Origin: a virus
Taxonomy: Duplodnaviria; Caudoviricetes
Length of the DNA: 64,000 nt
IMG/VR virus record: IMGVR_UViG_3300025382_000004
Location: 1-64,000 of that record
Direction: 5' to 3' (one strand)
Position numbers and translations under genes: made by a program. Position 1 is the first letter of the stretch; every line of letters begins with the position of its first letter. This document shows positions 48,909-58,900 of the stretch, one piece after another. The notes under the pieces were generated by a model. It did not search any database. It had not been told where the DNA came from and worked only from the letters and a program-made list of their open reading frames with translations.

Positions 48909-49502
48909 ATGCCTAAAGTATCTGCATCAAATGGTATCCGTCCTGAAATCCGCGCCCTTGCGGTTCTTGTGATGGGTAAAACTGTTACGCCTGCCGAAAT
49001 TAATGACCACGTCGGCACTGGTGATTATGCTGCCAAGTATGTGTCCTTCCTCAATACGCGGTACGGTTTCACTATTACCGCCAATAAAGATGGTCGCAAG
49101 GTCGTTTCTTATACGATGGTCGCCGAGCCTGCTAATGCTGCCGACCTCCGTGCCGCACAACCTAAGGCACCTAAGGTCAAGGCTGCCAAGGTTGCTAAGG
49201 CTCCTAAGGCCAAGGTTTCTAAGGCATTAGGTCTTACAATGGCCGAAGCAAATGAAATCCGTGAAGAGGTTGCTTCCGAACGTGCCTTAGAAATCAAGGC
49301 AAAGAACCTTGAGACACTCCGCAAGGTTGCTAAAGACATGGGTATGAAGAAAGTGGCCGCTAAGAAAAAGGTCGCCAAGAAAGTCCGTGACTTTGATGAT
49401 GTTACGGAGCAGTTTGGTACCAGTGGTGAGGTTGCCACCTCATTCTCAATTGATAAAGATTGGGACTCCATCGATGGTGTTGACCTCTCAAAAATCATCT
49501 AA
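48909..49502 (+). CDS. basic early protein with Lys/Ala/Pro repeats
   Basis: PKAPKVKAAKVAKAPKAKVSK; codon usage suggesting high expression. Confidence 0.65.
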   Translation: MPKVSASNGIRPEIRALAVLVMGKTVTPAEINDHVGTGDYAAKYVSFLNTRYGFTITANKDGRKVVSYTMVAEPANAADLRAAQPKAPKVKAAKVAKAPKAKVSKALGLTMAEANEIREEVASERALEIKAKNLETLRKVAKDMGMKKVAAKKKVAKKVRDFDDVTEQFGTSGEVATSFSIDKDWDSIDGVDLSKII

Positions 49503-49518
49503 CTAATAGGAGTGTTAG

Positions 49519-49770
49519 TTGTCAACTATCGTCACTCTTGATCTGAATAATTTTGATACGGATGATCTAATCGCTGAACTGGAGGATCGTGAATATCGTG
49601 TTATGACGCCGGGTGAAACTGATGAAAACTCGGAGTCATTAGAAAATATGCATGATGAAATCCATACCTTATACTTAAACTTCCTAGCATTATATAAAAA
49701 TAATAATAGGGAGTTTGAAAAGTCCTTGAAAAAGTTTTTTGAGGATACTATAGATGTAAGGATTATTTAA
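49519..49770 (+). CDS. hypothetical protein
   Basis: TTG start after AGGAG. Confidence 0.55.
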   Translation: MSTIVTLDLNNFDTDDLIAELEDREYRVMTPGETDENSESLENMHDEIHTLYLNFLALYKNNNREFEKSLKKFFEDTIDVRII

Positions 49771-50144
49771 TGCGCCTCAAAGTGAAATACAGGAACTCGG
49801 CCTATCGGCCGGGTTCTTATGCTTATTCCGAACCATATAACTATTATGAAGGTCGTGTGGTTCTTCCTAAACCCAAGTGGTTATCTGAAAATGAGTTTAT
49901 GTTAACCACTGGTGATGCTGATGCGCCGGCTCGTATTCTGGATAAGCGTGATATATTGGAGGCATGGACAGGTAATGACAAGTATGATGATGGCGTCACT
50001 CTAGTAAATGGTGATAAAAAAATATATGTAGTTACCCGTGGTAACTTTGGTCGTTATTCATGTAACTGTACCGCATATCATTATCGCAAATGGTGTAGTC
50101 ACACAAACGAGGTAAAGAAAAATGTCCGATCAAGCGTTGGTTGA
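49770..50144 (+). CDS. SWIM Zn-finger protein
   Basis: YSCNC...WCSH. Confidence 0.7.
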   Translation: MRLKVKYRNSAYRPGSYAYSEPYNYYEGRVVLPKPKWLSENEFMLTTGDADAPARILDKRDILEAWTGNDKYDDGVTLVNGDKKIYVVTRGNFGRYSCNCTAYHYRKWCSHTNEVKKNVRSSVG

Positions 50145-50300
50145 AGTGAAAGAAATGCTGTATAAACGCCTTGCTATTCTCCGTCCATTCATACAGAATA
50201 TGGAGATAGATGAATACGGTCCTCTTGACTTTACAGAGGCCGCATATTTAAATGAGTTGATGTTTCTGGAAGAGTTACTAGATATTATTGAGAGGTCATA

Positions 50301-50456
50301 ATGGATAGTTATCTAAAACAAATCGCTTATAGTGAAGGTAAAAAGGCGTATTTTGATAAGGTATGTCCTATGGATAATCCTTATGAAGGAGTCCATGAGA
50401 TACTTTACAATGTATGGTGTGATGGTTGGTGGGATATGTTTTATGAGGACATCTAA
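50301..50456 (+). CDS. ribosome modulation factor (Rmf)-like small protein
   Basis: MDSYLKQIAYSEGKKAYFDKVCPMDNPYEGVHEILYNVWCDGWWDMFYEDI; TAATG coupling at both ends. Confidence 0.5.
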   Translation: MDSYLKQIAYSEGKKAYFDKVCPMDNPYEGVHEILYNVWCDGWWDMFYEDI

Positions 50457-50998
50457 TGAATATTTTTTATCTTGATCACGACCAACAAAAATGTGCCGAG
50501 TGGTCCGTGGACTCTCATTGTGTTAAGATGATCCTTGAGAGTGCCCAACTTTTGTCCACGGCTCACCGAGTGCTAGACGGTCATGAGTATATAGACGATG
50601 GTGGAAAACGTAAGGTAAAACGATGGCGCCTTGATGATGACCGTAATGCTCAACTATACTCAGCAACTCATGTCAATCATCCATCGGCAGTGTGGTGCCG
50701 TGAAACCGAGGCCAACTATCTCTGGTTGTGGTCATTGCTTCGTGAATACTGTAAAGAATATACCTACCGTTATGGAAAAACACATAAAGTTGAGGCTGAC
50801 GGTCTTTTGTATGACCTTAGATATACACCACATAACACACCTTTAATATATTTCACCGAACCTCCAAGTGCGATGGATCCTAAATACATTATATCAAAAG
50901 ATCCGATAGTCAATTATCGGAACTACTACAAGGTTGGTAAGGTGCACCTACACAAGTGGAAGAAACGTGAAGCACCGGAGTGGATAAAGGAGGCGTAA
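50456..50998 (+). CDS. pyrimidine-dimer DNA glycosylase (DenV-like) family
   Basis: MNIFYLD, HCVKMILESAQLLSTAH, THVNHPS. Confidence 0.75.
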   Translation: MNIFYLDHDQQKCAEWSVDSHCVKMILESAQLLSTAHRVLDGHEYIDDGGKRKVKRWRLDDDRNAQLYSATHVNHPSAVWCRETEANYLWLWSLLREYCKEYTYRYGKTHKVEADGLLYDLRYTPHNTPLIYFTEPPSAMDPKYIISKDPIVNYRNYYKVGKVHLHKWKKREAPEWIKEA

Positions 50999-51261
50999 TG
51001 CCAAACTATACTTTTCGTAATAAAGAAACCAATGAAGAATTTACCGTCACCATGACAATGGCGGACCACGACACATATCTAGACGATAAACCTCACTTGG
51101 AGCAAGTTCTCCGCAATTTTACTATGGTCGACCCAGTTAATGTGGGTATCACAAAACCACCAGCAGATTTCCAGAAATATGTATTAGGCAGAATTAAAGC
51201 GGCCGTACCAGAGGCCTCTGCCGTTGCGAACAAACGCTGGGACATTCCAAAGGAGATTTAG
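50998..51261 (+). CDS. FmdB-like small protein (Cys-less)
   Basis: MPNYTFRNKETNEEF pattern. Confidence 0.55.
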   Translation: MPNYTFRNKETNEEFTVTMTMADHDTYLDDKPHLEQVLRNFTMVDPVNVGITKPPADFQKYVLGRIKAAVPEASAVANKRWDIPKEI

Positions 51262-51292
51262 AACTGTCTCAACCACCAAAAAAATCCACGAA

Positions 51293-51329
51293 TAGAGGCC
51301 GCGCCCGCAAGGCGTTGGCCTCTTTTGTT
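51293..51329 (+). terminator. Rho-independent terminator
   Basis: AGAGGCC-GCGCC-cgcaa-GGCGT-TGGCCTCT followed by TTTGTTT. Confidence 0.7.
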
Positions 51330-51368
51330 TATGAGAAGGTGAATAACGAAAAACAAAAAGGTAAAGAT

Positions 51369-52094
51369 ATGTCTGTAAAAAGAAAGAAAAATAACCGTAA
51401 TCCAAACCATGAGATATCTGCACAAAACGCCGCTGAGAAAAACCACTTTGAATTGCGTCACATAAATCCACTAACAGTAAACCAGCAAAGAGTGTGGGAC
51501 GCATATGATAGCGGAGCAAATCTTATGTTACACGGTTATGCCGGCACCGGTAAAACCTTTCTGTCATCTTATCTCGCATTAAAAGAAGTTCTACACGAAA
51601 AGACATATAAGAAGGTTGTTATCATCCGATCGGTCGTACCAAGCCGCGACATGGGATTCCTACCAGGAACCGACAAACAAAAATCGGAAGTTTACGAACA
51701 ACCTTACCAAGAAATCTGTGATGACTTATTTGGTCGTGGCGATGGATGGAAGATTTTGAAGTTAAAGGGCTTAGTAGAGTTTACTACTACTTCCTTTCTA
51801 CGTGGTATGACATTTAACGATTGTATTATCATTGTTGACGAGTGCAATAATATGACATTCCAGGAAATTGATACAGTTATGACCCGTATAGGTCAAAACT
51901 CTCGCATTATATTCTGTGGTGACTATAGGCAAACTGACCTACATAAACCACATGAGAAAACTGGTATTAAAGAACTGATGGCTGTTACTCGCCGTATGCC
52001 ATCGTTTGATCATATTGAGTTTAATATTGAGGACATCGTGCGAAGCGGTGTGGTGAAAGAATATATAATACAAAAGACTGAAATGGGACTCTAA
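51369..52094 (+). CDS. phoH: PhoH-family ATPase
   Basis: GYAGTGKT, RSVV, GFLPG, LRGMTF, VDECNN, GDYRQ.D, DIVRS. Confidence 0.9.
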   Translation: MSVKRKKNNRNPNHEISAQNAAEKNHFELRHINPLTVNQQRVWDAYDSGANLMLHGYAGTGKTFLSSYLALKEVLHEKTYKKVVIIRSVVPSRDMGFLPGTDKQKSEVYEQPYQEICDDLFGRGDGWKILKLKGLVEFTTTSFLRGMTFNDCIIIVDECNNMTFQEIDTVMTRIGQNSRIIFCGDYRQTDLHKPHEKTGIKELMAVTRRMPSFDHIEFNIEDIVRSGVVKEYIIQKTEMGL

Positions 52095-52097
52095 AGG

Positions 52098-52126
52098 TTG
52101 ACATTTACGGAGAGGTGTAGTATAAT
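52098..52126 (+). promoter_or_regulatory. sigma70 consensus promoter
   Basis: TTGACA-17-TATAAT. Confidence 0.85.
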
Positions 52127-52159
52127 GGATGAAACAGTTGAGGACGACTTTGATGTTGG

Positions 52160-52849
52160 ATGCTAGTGAAAACTTTTAATCATATAAACCATGACCACTT
52201 TCTAACTACTCTGAAAAGGGAAGAATATAATGGAAAACGATACTACATCTCTCCAAATGGCACCAAGTTGCCTTCGGTTACAACATTCTTGTCTCATTTT
52301 AAAGGCGATAGCATCGCAAAGTGGCGCGCCAAAGTCGGTGAAGAAGAGGCAAACCGAGTATCAGCAAGAGCATCTAGACGCGGTACACAATTTCATTCTC
52401 TCATGGAATCTTATATCAAGAATGAGGAAGGGTCAACTTACCTAACCAAAGATTTGATGCCTGATATGAAACAGGCATTCCGTAATATGTTGCCAACATT
52501 GGATCGTATTGATAATGTCCATTATGTTGAGGCAATGTTGTATAGTGAGGCCATCGGACTAGCAGGTCAGGTTGATTGTATTGCTGAGTTTGATGGCATC
52601 ACTTCCATTATTGACTTTAAGACCTCGTTGAAACCTAAGAAAGAGGAATGGATTCTCAATTACTTTGAACAATGCACCGCATACTCCTTGATGTATGAGG
52701 ATATGACCGGCATCCAGGCCAGGCAGATTGTTGTATTGATATCAGTAGACCACGAAATCCATCCACAGATATTCGTCAAGAGAAGGACAGATTATGTTAA
52801 AGGATTATATGATAAGATTGTCCAGTTTAGAGAGGAATATGAACTATGA
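52160..52849 (+). CDS. PD-(D/E)xK exonuclease (T4-like)
   Basis: LPSVTT, RGT.FH, AGQVDC, IIDFKTS, Q..AY. Confidence 0.85.
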   Translation: MLVKTFNHINHDHFLTTLKREEYNGKRYYISPNGTKLPSVTTFLSHFKGDSIAKWRAKVGEEEANRVSARASRRGTQFHSLMESYIKNEEGSTYLTKDLMPDMKQAFRNMLPTLDRIDNVHYVEAMLYSEAIGLAGQVDCIAEFDGITSIIDFKTSLKPKKEEWILNYFEQCTAYSLMYEDMTGIQARQIVVLISVDHEIHPQIFVKRRTDYVKGLYDKIVQFREEYEL

Positions 52850-52959
52850 AATATTTCCTACCAATATTGGTGTTTCTTTGTCTTGGTTTGGCTAGCTGTA
52901 ACACTATCACCATCGCAGACTGCCTTATACGGGACAACACTAGTAGCCCCTGTAACTAA
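52846..52959 (+). CDS. 37 aa lipoprotein
   Basis: MKYFLPILVFLCLGLAS|CNTITIADCLIRDNTSSPCN; lipobox LASC. Confidence 0.6.
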   Translation: MKYFLPILVFLCLGLASCNTITIADCLIRDNTSSPCN

Positions 52960-53029
52960 AGGTTCCGTAGACCATCGTGGTGTTTCGGCGCCACAGATGG
53001 AAGAGTTTGAGAACCAAGTAGAATAATAC

Positions 53030-53057
53030 TTGACATTCCCAAAAAATACTCTATAAT
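53030..53057 (+). promoter_or_regulatory. promoter for ssrA
   Basis: TTGACA-16-TATAAT, overlapping ATAAATA. Confidence 0.75.
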
Positions 53058-53063
53058 AAATAG

Positions 53064-53305
53064 TATGCTTAGGTCGTTGAGAACGGTAGAATAAGCAGGC
53101 AGGACCTGGGAGCGTTACCCAGCCGGTCCACCAAAGGACATTAAGGTGTCTTTTGGGGGCCGGAAGTAGGATCGACTGATGTGGTAAAGGCCGAAGGAGA
53201 CCAAAAGCAATCGTAAATGCTAACGATAATTCAGCATATCAGGATCTTGCTCTAGCAGCATAGTCCTACGGGCCGCCGGCAGCCTCGGAACAGAATGCCG
53301 GCACC
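53064..53305 (+). ncRNA. ssrA: two-piece (circularly permuted) tmRNA
   Basis: Acceptor piece ends CCGGTCC-A-CCA 53123-53133; coding piece starts GGGCCGG 53157 (7-bp stem with G3.U70); T-arm CTGGG/CCCAG; AGGATCGAC; tag GCT AAC GAT AAT...GCA GCA TAG 53219-53263 = ANDNSAYQDLALAA. Confidence 0.92.
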
Positions 53306-53322
53306 TCACAAAGGACACTAAA

Positions 53323-53454
53323 ATGAAAACAAAAAAGTTGATTTTAAAGTTCTATCGTGCTATACTGAATAAAGATGCTAAGAAGGAGAGGAAGTTTTGG
53401 TTTAAACTCCTCAAGAAATCTTTCAAAGGCAAAAACACTCACGCAATCCGATAG
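53323..53454 (+). CDS. 43 aa Lys-rich protein
   Basis: AAGGA SD; MKTKKLILKFYRAIL... Confidence 0.5.
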   Translation: MKTKKLILKFYRAILNKDAKKERKFWFKLLKKSFKGKNTHAIR

Positions 53455-53467
53455 GAGATATTATATT

Positions 53468-53692
53468 ATGACGCCTGAAGAAATCAATAAATTTTCTATG
53501 GCTATTGAAGAGATGGTTTATATGAAGGACATTCCTTACATTGATGCCATCTGTATGTTTGCGGAACAAAACAATATAGAAATGGAGACCGCTGGCAAAC
53601 TTGTGTCTGGCGTCCTCAAAGCCAAAATCCAACTAGAGGCTGAAGACCTCAACTTCCTTAAGAAATCTAAAACTGCTAAACTACCAATATGA
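53468..53692 (+). CDS. 33: late-transcription coactivator gp33
   Basis: YIDAI, LKAKIQLEAEDLNFLK; position before 59 and 32. Confidence 0.85.
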   Translation: MTPEEINKFSMAIEEMVYMKDIPYIDAICMFAEQNNIEMETAGKLVSGVLKAKIQLEAEDLNFLKKSKTAKLPI

Positions 53693-54300
53693 GTCACTTT
53701 TCCGCGTATGGTGCATACGTGGTCTTTGTTACTATCAGAACTCACTTTGAGAGTCCTACATTTGACCTCTTTACGCACCATAAAGTAAAAGCATCTAAGA
53801 CCACTTATGAAAAGAGACCTGATAGATGGTTCTTTGATAAATTGGCCAAGGAGTATGAAGACAGAGAACTACGAGATTTTTTTATTGCTAATAGATTGAA
53901 GGATCGTAACTATGTCACTGAGTTATTGGAGGACGAAGCAAAAGAAAACTACATTCAATACAAAGGAAGAAAACAGGCACTCACATATCACTTCGAGAAT
54001 GACGTTGATAGAGTTTTTAAATATGGCCTTGATCTTCCTTTTGATGTTAGGGACGGTGAGTATCCTTATATTGTTTGCCTATATCTTAGGGGAAGTATTT
54101 CTCCTGAGTCCATGGTCATTCTAAATGACTTTATAGGTTATACAGAAAAGTTTGATAAATATATGGGTGGCAATGATCCCATCTGGTCCAAGGTGGCGTT
54201 GAAATTACGTAAATACAAACCTTTTGTAAAATACGATAAGAATAAATTCAAACGCATACTCAAGGAGAAAATAGATGGCACCCCGAAAGAAAACGTCTAA
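53689..54300 (+). CDS. 59: helicase loader gp59
   Basis: HFESPTFD, RPDRWFF.KL, ISPESMVIL, KY.PF; synteny. Confidence 0.85.
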   Translation: MSHFSAYGAYVVFVTIRTHFESPTFDLFTHHKVKASKTTYEKRPDRWFFDKLAKEYEDRELRDFFIANRLKDRNYVTELLEDEAKENYIQYKGRKQALTYHFENDVDRVFKYGLDLPFDVRDGEYPYIVCLYLRGSISPESMVILNDFIGYTEKFDKYMGGNDPIWSKVALKLRKYKPFVKYDKNKFKRILKEKIDGTPKENV

Positions 54301-54529
54301 CGTTACTCCAGTTGAAGATATAACAAACTGTGAATATGCACCTGGCAAACCATCAGAGATACTACTAAACTATGCTGAAGGTCATTACCAAAAGATATAT
54401 ACAGACGAAGGCGAAATGGCGTTCCTAGATAAACATACACAAAGAACACTAAAGATTCCTGAGGATTCGCTACACCTTATGGAAGTCCTTCACGGATTTG
54501 AAATGTTAGCAGAAATTTTTGTATTATAA
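54275..54529 (+). CDS. hypothetical protein
   Basis: 84 aa. Confidence 0.55.
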   Translation: MAPRKKTSNVTPVEDITNCEYAPGKPSEILLNYAEGHYQKIYTDEGEMAFLDKHTQRTLKIPEDSLHLMEVLHGFEMLAEIFVL

Positions 54530-54597
54530 ATATAAAGCACTATTATTATGTTTTCTTGTGAGATATCTAGCAAACATCTTATGAGGAGATAAAAAAG

Positions 54598-54765
54598 ATG
54601 ACTAAAGAAGATTTGTTAAAAGCAATGGCACTAATTATAGATGCTAATGAGTCCACAAAAGCATCTCAATTGATATGGGATTTATGGCAAAATCATGGAT
54701 CTTATTCTGTTATTAAAAATAAAATCCTACATAAAGAAACCGGTAAAGAACTCGGCGAAAAATAA
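54598..54765 (+). CDS. 55 aa hypothetical protein
   Basis: GAGGAG SD; MTKEDLLKAMAL... Confidence 0.5.
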   Translation: MTKEDLLKAMALIIDANESTKASQLIWDLWQNHGSYSVIKNKILHKETGKELGEK

Positions 54766-54773
54766 AATAATAC

Positions 54774-54917
54774 TTGACAGGACCTTAGGGTCCTGTTATT
54801 ATACAAGAATAGAGTATGGTATAAAACCGGTTCGGTATACGAACTTGGCAAATCCATACTCTCTTACATCATGATAATGTGGATAAGAAACATACAACGT
54901 TATACAAGGAGAATACG
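54774..54917 (+). promoter_or_regulatory. gene 32 promoter and structured leader
   Basis: TTGACA-17-TATTAT; AGAGTATGG/CCATACTCT stem enclosing GTTCG/CGAAC hairpin. Confidence 0.6.
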
Positions 54918-55853
54918 ATGAACTTTGCAAATCTAAAAAAGCAATCTAAGGATTTCAACGGCCTTCTAAAGCAGGTTGAAAAGATGAATGGCGGTGGTGG
55001 TAACTTCGAGAAGGAAGATACCGACAACTATTGGAAGCCAACACCAGACAAGACAGGTAATGCTCTTGCTGTTATTCGTTTCCTTCCAGGTCCTGCCGTT
55101 GATGGTGACGACGCCCTTCCTTGGGTCCGTTACTTTGATCATGGTTTCCAGAACAAGGTTACTGGAAAGTGGTATATTGAAAAGTCCCTAACAACCTTCG
55201 ATGAGAAGGATCCTGTATCAGAGTATAACTCAACACTCTGGAACTCCACACAAGACGATAACTCTCCTGAGCGGAAGCAAGCGCGTGATCAGAAGCGCCG
55301 TCTTCACTACGTTTCTAACATCTATGTGGTGAGTGATCCTAAGAATCCTGAAAATGAGGGTAAGGTATTCTTGTTCAAGTATGGCAAGAAAATCTTTGAT
55401 AAGATCACAAAGATGATGAACCCAGACCTTGAGTCCGAGGGTAAGGTCAATCCTTTTGATCTTTGGCAAGGTGCTCATTTCAAGTTGAAGGTAACCCGTC
55501 AGAATGTTAATATGGGTGGTCGTAACGTATCATTCCCTAACTATGACGAGTCCGTGTTCCTCGCACCAGGTCCTCTATCAAAGGACGATGATGAGATGGA
55601 AGCAATCTGGAAGCGTGAACATTCTCTCAAGGAGATTGTTGACCGTAAGAACTTCAAAACCTATGCTGAACTCAAGGCCCGCCTTGATGAGGTGAATGGT
55701 TACACAGGTTCAGCACCAGCACCACGGGCACCTGCTCCTGTAGAAGAGGAAGCACCTTGGGTAGAGACACCAAAGCCTGTCGCCAAGGCACCAGTTGTGG
55801 AAGATGAAGAGGATGAAGACCTCGCAATGTTTCGCAAGTTGGCTGAGGACTGA
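54918..55853 (+). CDS. 32: ssDNA-binding protein gp32
   Basis: AVIRFLP, HGFQ, WYIE, KYGKKIFDKI, GAHFKLK, NYD.S.F, acidic tail; start ATG 54918. Confidence 0.95.
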   Translation: MNFANLKKQSKDFNGLLKQVEKMNGGGGNFEKEDTDNYWKPTPDKTGNALAVIRFLPGPAVDGDDALPWVRYFDHGFQNKVTGKWYIEKSLTTFDEKDPVSEYNSTLWNSTQDDNSPERKQARDQKRRLHYVSNIYVVSDPKNPENEGKVFLFKYGKKIFDKITKMMNPDLESEGKVNPFDLWQGAHFKLKVTRQNVNMGGRNVSFPNYDESVFLAPGPLSKDDDEMEAIWKREHSLKEIVDRKNFKTYAELKARLDEVNGYTGSAPAPRAPAPVEEEAPWVETPKPVAKAPVVEDEEDEDLAMFRKLAED

Positions 55854-55880
55854 GACCTTACAAGATAACTATTAAGATTG

Positions 55881-55908
55881 GGGGAGCAGAAATGCTCCCC
55901 TTTTTTTT
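55881..55908 (+). terminator. Rho-independent terminator at convergent junction
   Basis: GGGGAGCA-gaaa-TGCTCCCC-T8. Confidence 0.9.
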
Positions 55909-58900
55909 ATGCGTTAGTGTTACCGAATGTATAATTGTTTGTAGGATCTCTTGAAGTATCCTCACTAAACTTAGATCGGTATACCGCTCTTTGGAATGAT
56001 GGACTATGGAAAGGTGCCGTTTTATTTTGTCTCACTAGATCGCCAATAAAATTAGGCATATCATTTCTAGGTTCTTGTCTGGTAGTAGGTTGAATTTGAG
56101 ATGCCTGGCCAGCAGCAGATAAACTATCCAACTCTTGCCTTATGGCATCAAACTCGCTTCTTATATTATCACTAGTTGGGCCCATATTACCATTTACTTT
56201 TTGCGATGGTGTTACATCTATTCTCTCGCCGCCTCTAGCAGTGAATAAAGGTTGTTGTGTTTTAGTGTCAATCGCCGCAACATTATCTCTTTTATCCATA
56301 GGATAGAAAGAAACATCACCATTAACTCCGAATGATCCACCATCAGAAGCACCAGGTATTCCTTGTGAACGAAGGAAATTACTAGTAGAGGCCGCATCGG
56401 GTGGTGTTGCTACAGTAGGCGGTGGTGTAGGTGAAGGAGGCGTTCCAGTGACAGGTGTTGGTGTAGTTTTAGGTGTAGATGGTACTGCCGTTGGTGTTTG
56501 TACCGGTGCTGCCTGCGCCTGTTGTCCACCTCCAGGAAATAATTCTCTTTGTATATTCTGCATAGTTGAAGGAGGCTGAGGTGCTGCCTGAGGTTGTGGA
56601 ATAATCACAGATGGTGGTGTAGCAGGCGAAGAAACACCAGGAGGTGTTTGTGCTTGTGCAGTTTCAATTGAAGGTTGAACTGGTTCAGCAACAGCCAATA
56701 TGTCTTTTCTTTCCTGATCATATCTGTTTTTATACTTACTAAACTTTTCTGTTCTAACATCAAACAATCCATGAACTTGTGTATCAGCATCCATACCTAC
56801 GGTAGATAGTGCGTCAGGATGATTTAATATCTTATTGGCGGCCCTACGATGTTGAACCGACATACTATACAATGCCTCTTGAACTTTTGGATGTTCAACA
56901 TTATATCCTAGTTTCTCTGCCTTTGCTCTTAACGGTTCATAATGCGTTCTTCTAATAAATGCGTGTTGAGCATCATCAAATCCATATGGATCTTCTTTGG
57001 CCAATTTAGAATAGATATTATTAAATGCTTTAGAACCTGGTCTATGGGATCCAAATTTACTTTTATAATCTGCTCCTTCTGGTGATTTAAGGAATTCAGA
57101 CATTGTTCCTGTTCTAGAGGATAACTGGTGAGAACCATATGAAACACCACCTTTATCACCTCTACCGGTTGAAATAGTATGAACACCTCTGTTACCGGAT
57201 TCATACTTAGCAGAGGCATGACCTAATCTTGGTGTTATATTAGCATCGGTCATTGTTCCGGTATCAATTGAGGCATACTGTGAATATGCAGACATACTAT
57301 CTTTTTTTACATCTTTGCCATATCTACTTGCTAGAAATTGTGCGGATGATAATGATGCAGTTTGATTGGAATCAGCTTGTGAAGTTTTATCACCTTTCTT
57401 GAGGAATCTATTTTGATCCAGGCCATTCTCTTTCATATCTTGCATAACTTTTTGAAAACGAGGATCGCTTTCATTTATTTCAATTTGAGCACCACTCTTT
57501 GTTTTTTTCCATTTTACACCTTGTTCGTCCAACCCAGAAGTAATCTTATTCCATAAATCTTCTCTAGAATATATAAAACTGGCAGAAGGATGAGCCTCTA
57601 AGATGTTATCAACAATGGACTCTCTACTAAGGTGCCATACAGGTGTTGGTGTTTGCACAGGTACAACTGTAGCAGTTGATGTGGAAACTGGAGAGGTCTG
57701 TTCGGATGTTTTACCTGTTCCTGATTTAATAAAACCACCTAGTGTTCTATCTTCCATTGATGGTGGAGGTGGAGCAGGTCCTGCTGATGGCCCAGCAGGT
57801 GTCTCTGTTGTCAAATTTTTCATTCTATTATTCATATCTTTCCAGTAGTCATCAGTTCTGAACCTTTCGGCCATAACTCTTCCTTCTGGAGTACCACCAG
57901 GACCTAATGCATTTCTTGTAGGATCTTTACCTTGTATTTCACCATGGCCTACAGGAAAATTAGGAGTACCATCTTCATTATAAGTTGGTATACCATGTGT
58001 CTTATAAAGACCGGGCATAATACGATGGGCAGCATCAATTTGTGCTTGAGTAGGTTTTCCGCCGCCTGTTATGAATCCTACACCTAATGCATTGTTATTT
58101 GTTAGATCAAATCTACTAGTTCTTTCGGCCGCACCGGCACCTCTAATTTGGTTTGGTCTGTCATCATGACCAGCCATTTGATATACTTTACCATCTTTAT
58201 CAATAACATAATGGTAACCATATCCAGTTTTTTTCTGAAACGCCATTTGATCTTGTATTGATTGTGTGCCTGTAACATGAAAAACCACACCTTTAAATTT
58301 TTCCGCATTTTTAGTTGCTGATGTATTTTTATATGCATACTCCATACCTTCAGCAACGTTATCAGCAATTGATCCTTTTGTTGCCTGAGAAGAAGGAGGT
58401 GTAGCAGCACCTTGACCACCTTTTTGAGGTGTTGTAGCACCCGAGGTAACACTGTCTGGAGGTGCAGTATTGAACCTTGACCCTCCAACAACATTTCCTT
58501 GTTTCAAATAATTTGGATTGGTTCCTTTTCCATAAGCTGCTGGATCATTAGAGGTAAAATCTGTCTGACTTTTTGAAACCTTAGGTGTTATATTTTCAAT
58601 TGCACCAAAAATTGATTCTGATCTTTTACCAGAACCAGGACCTTGCGTATAATTTTTACTCGGTCCTGGAGAATATCTTGTACCAGTTACAGCCTGAAAT
58701 TGGTTAGGTTCATTTAAAACTGATGTAATACTTTTACCTTTCAATCTTGCTCGGTTAAGTATTGATGCTGAAACCATACCAACTTCGGTTTGATTACTAC
58801 CTGCTTCAGCATGAGTTGCGTTCACTAAATCATTCCATTCTTGATCTGTCATTGACCTACCAAGATAACCTTCAGCTGCTTTTCTTGCTTTCAAAGCATC

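Noticed and set aside
52160-52849. Cas4-like exonuclease as evidence of a CRISPR system
   Set aside because: No array or other cas genes; this PD-(D/E)xK exonuclease is a usual T4-like gene and lacks an obvious Fe-S Cys set
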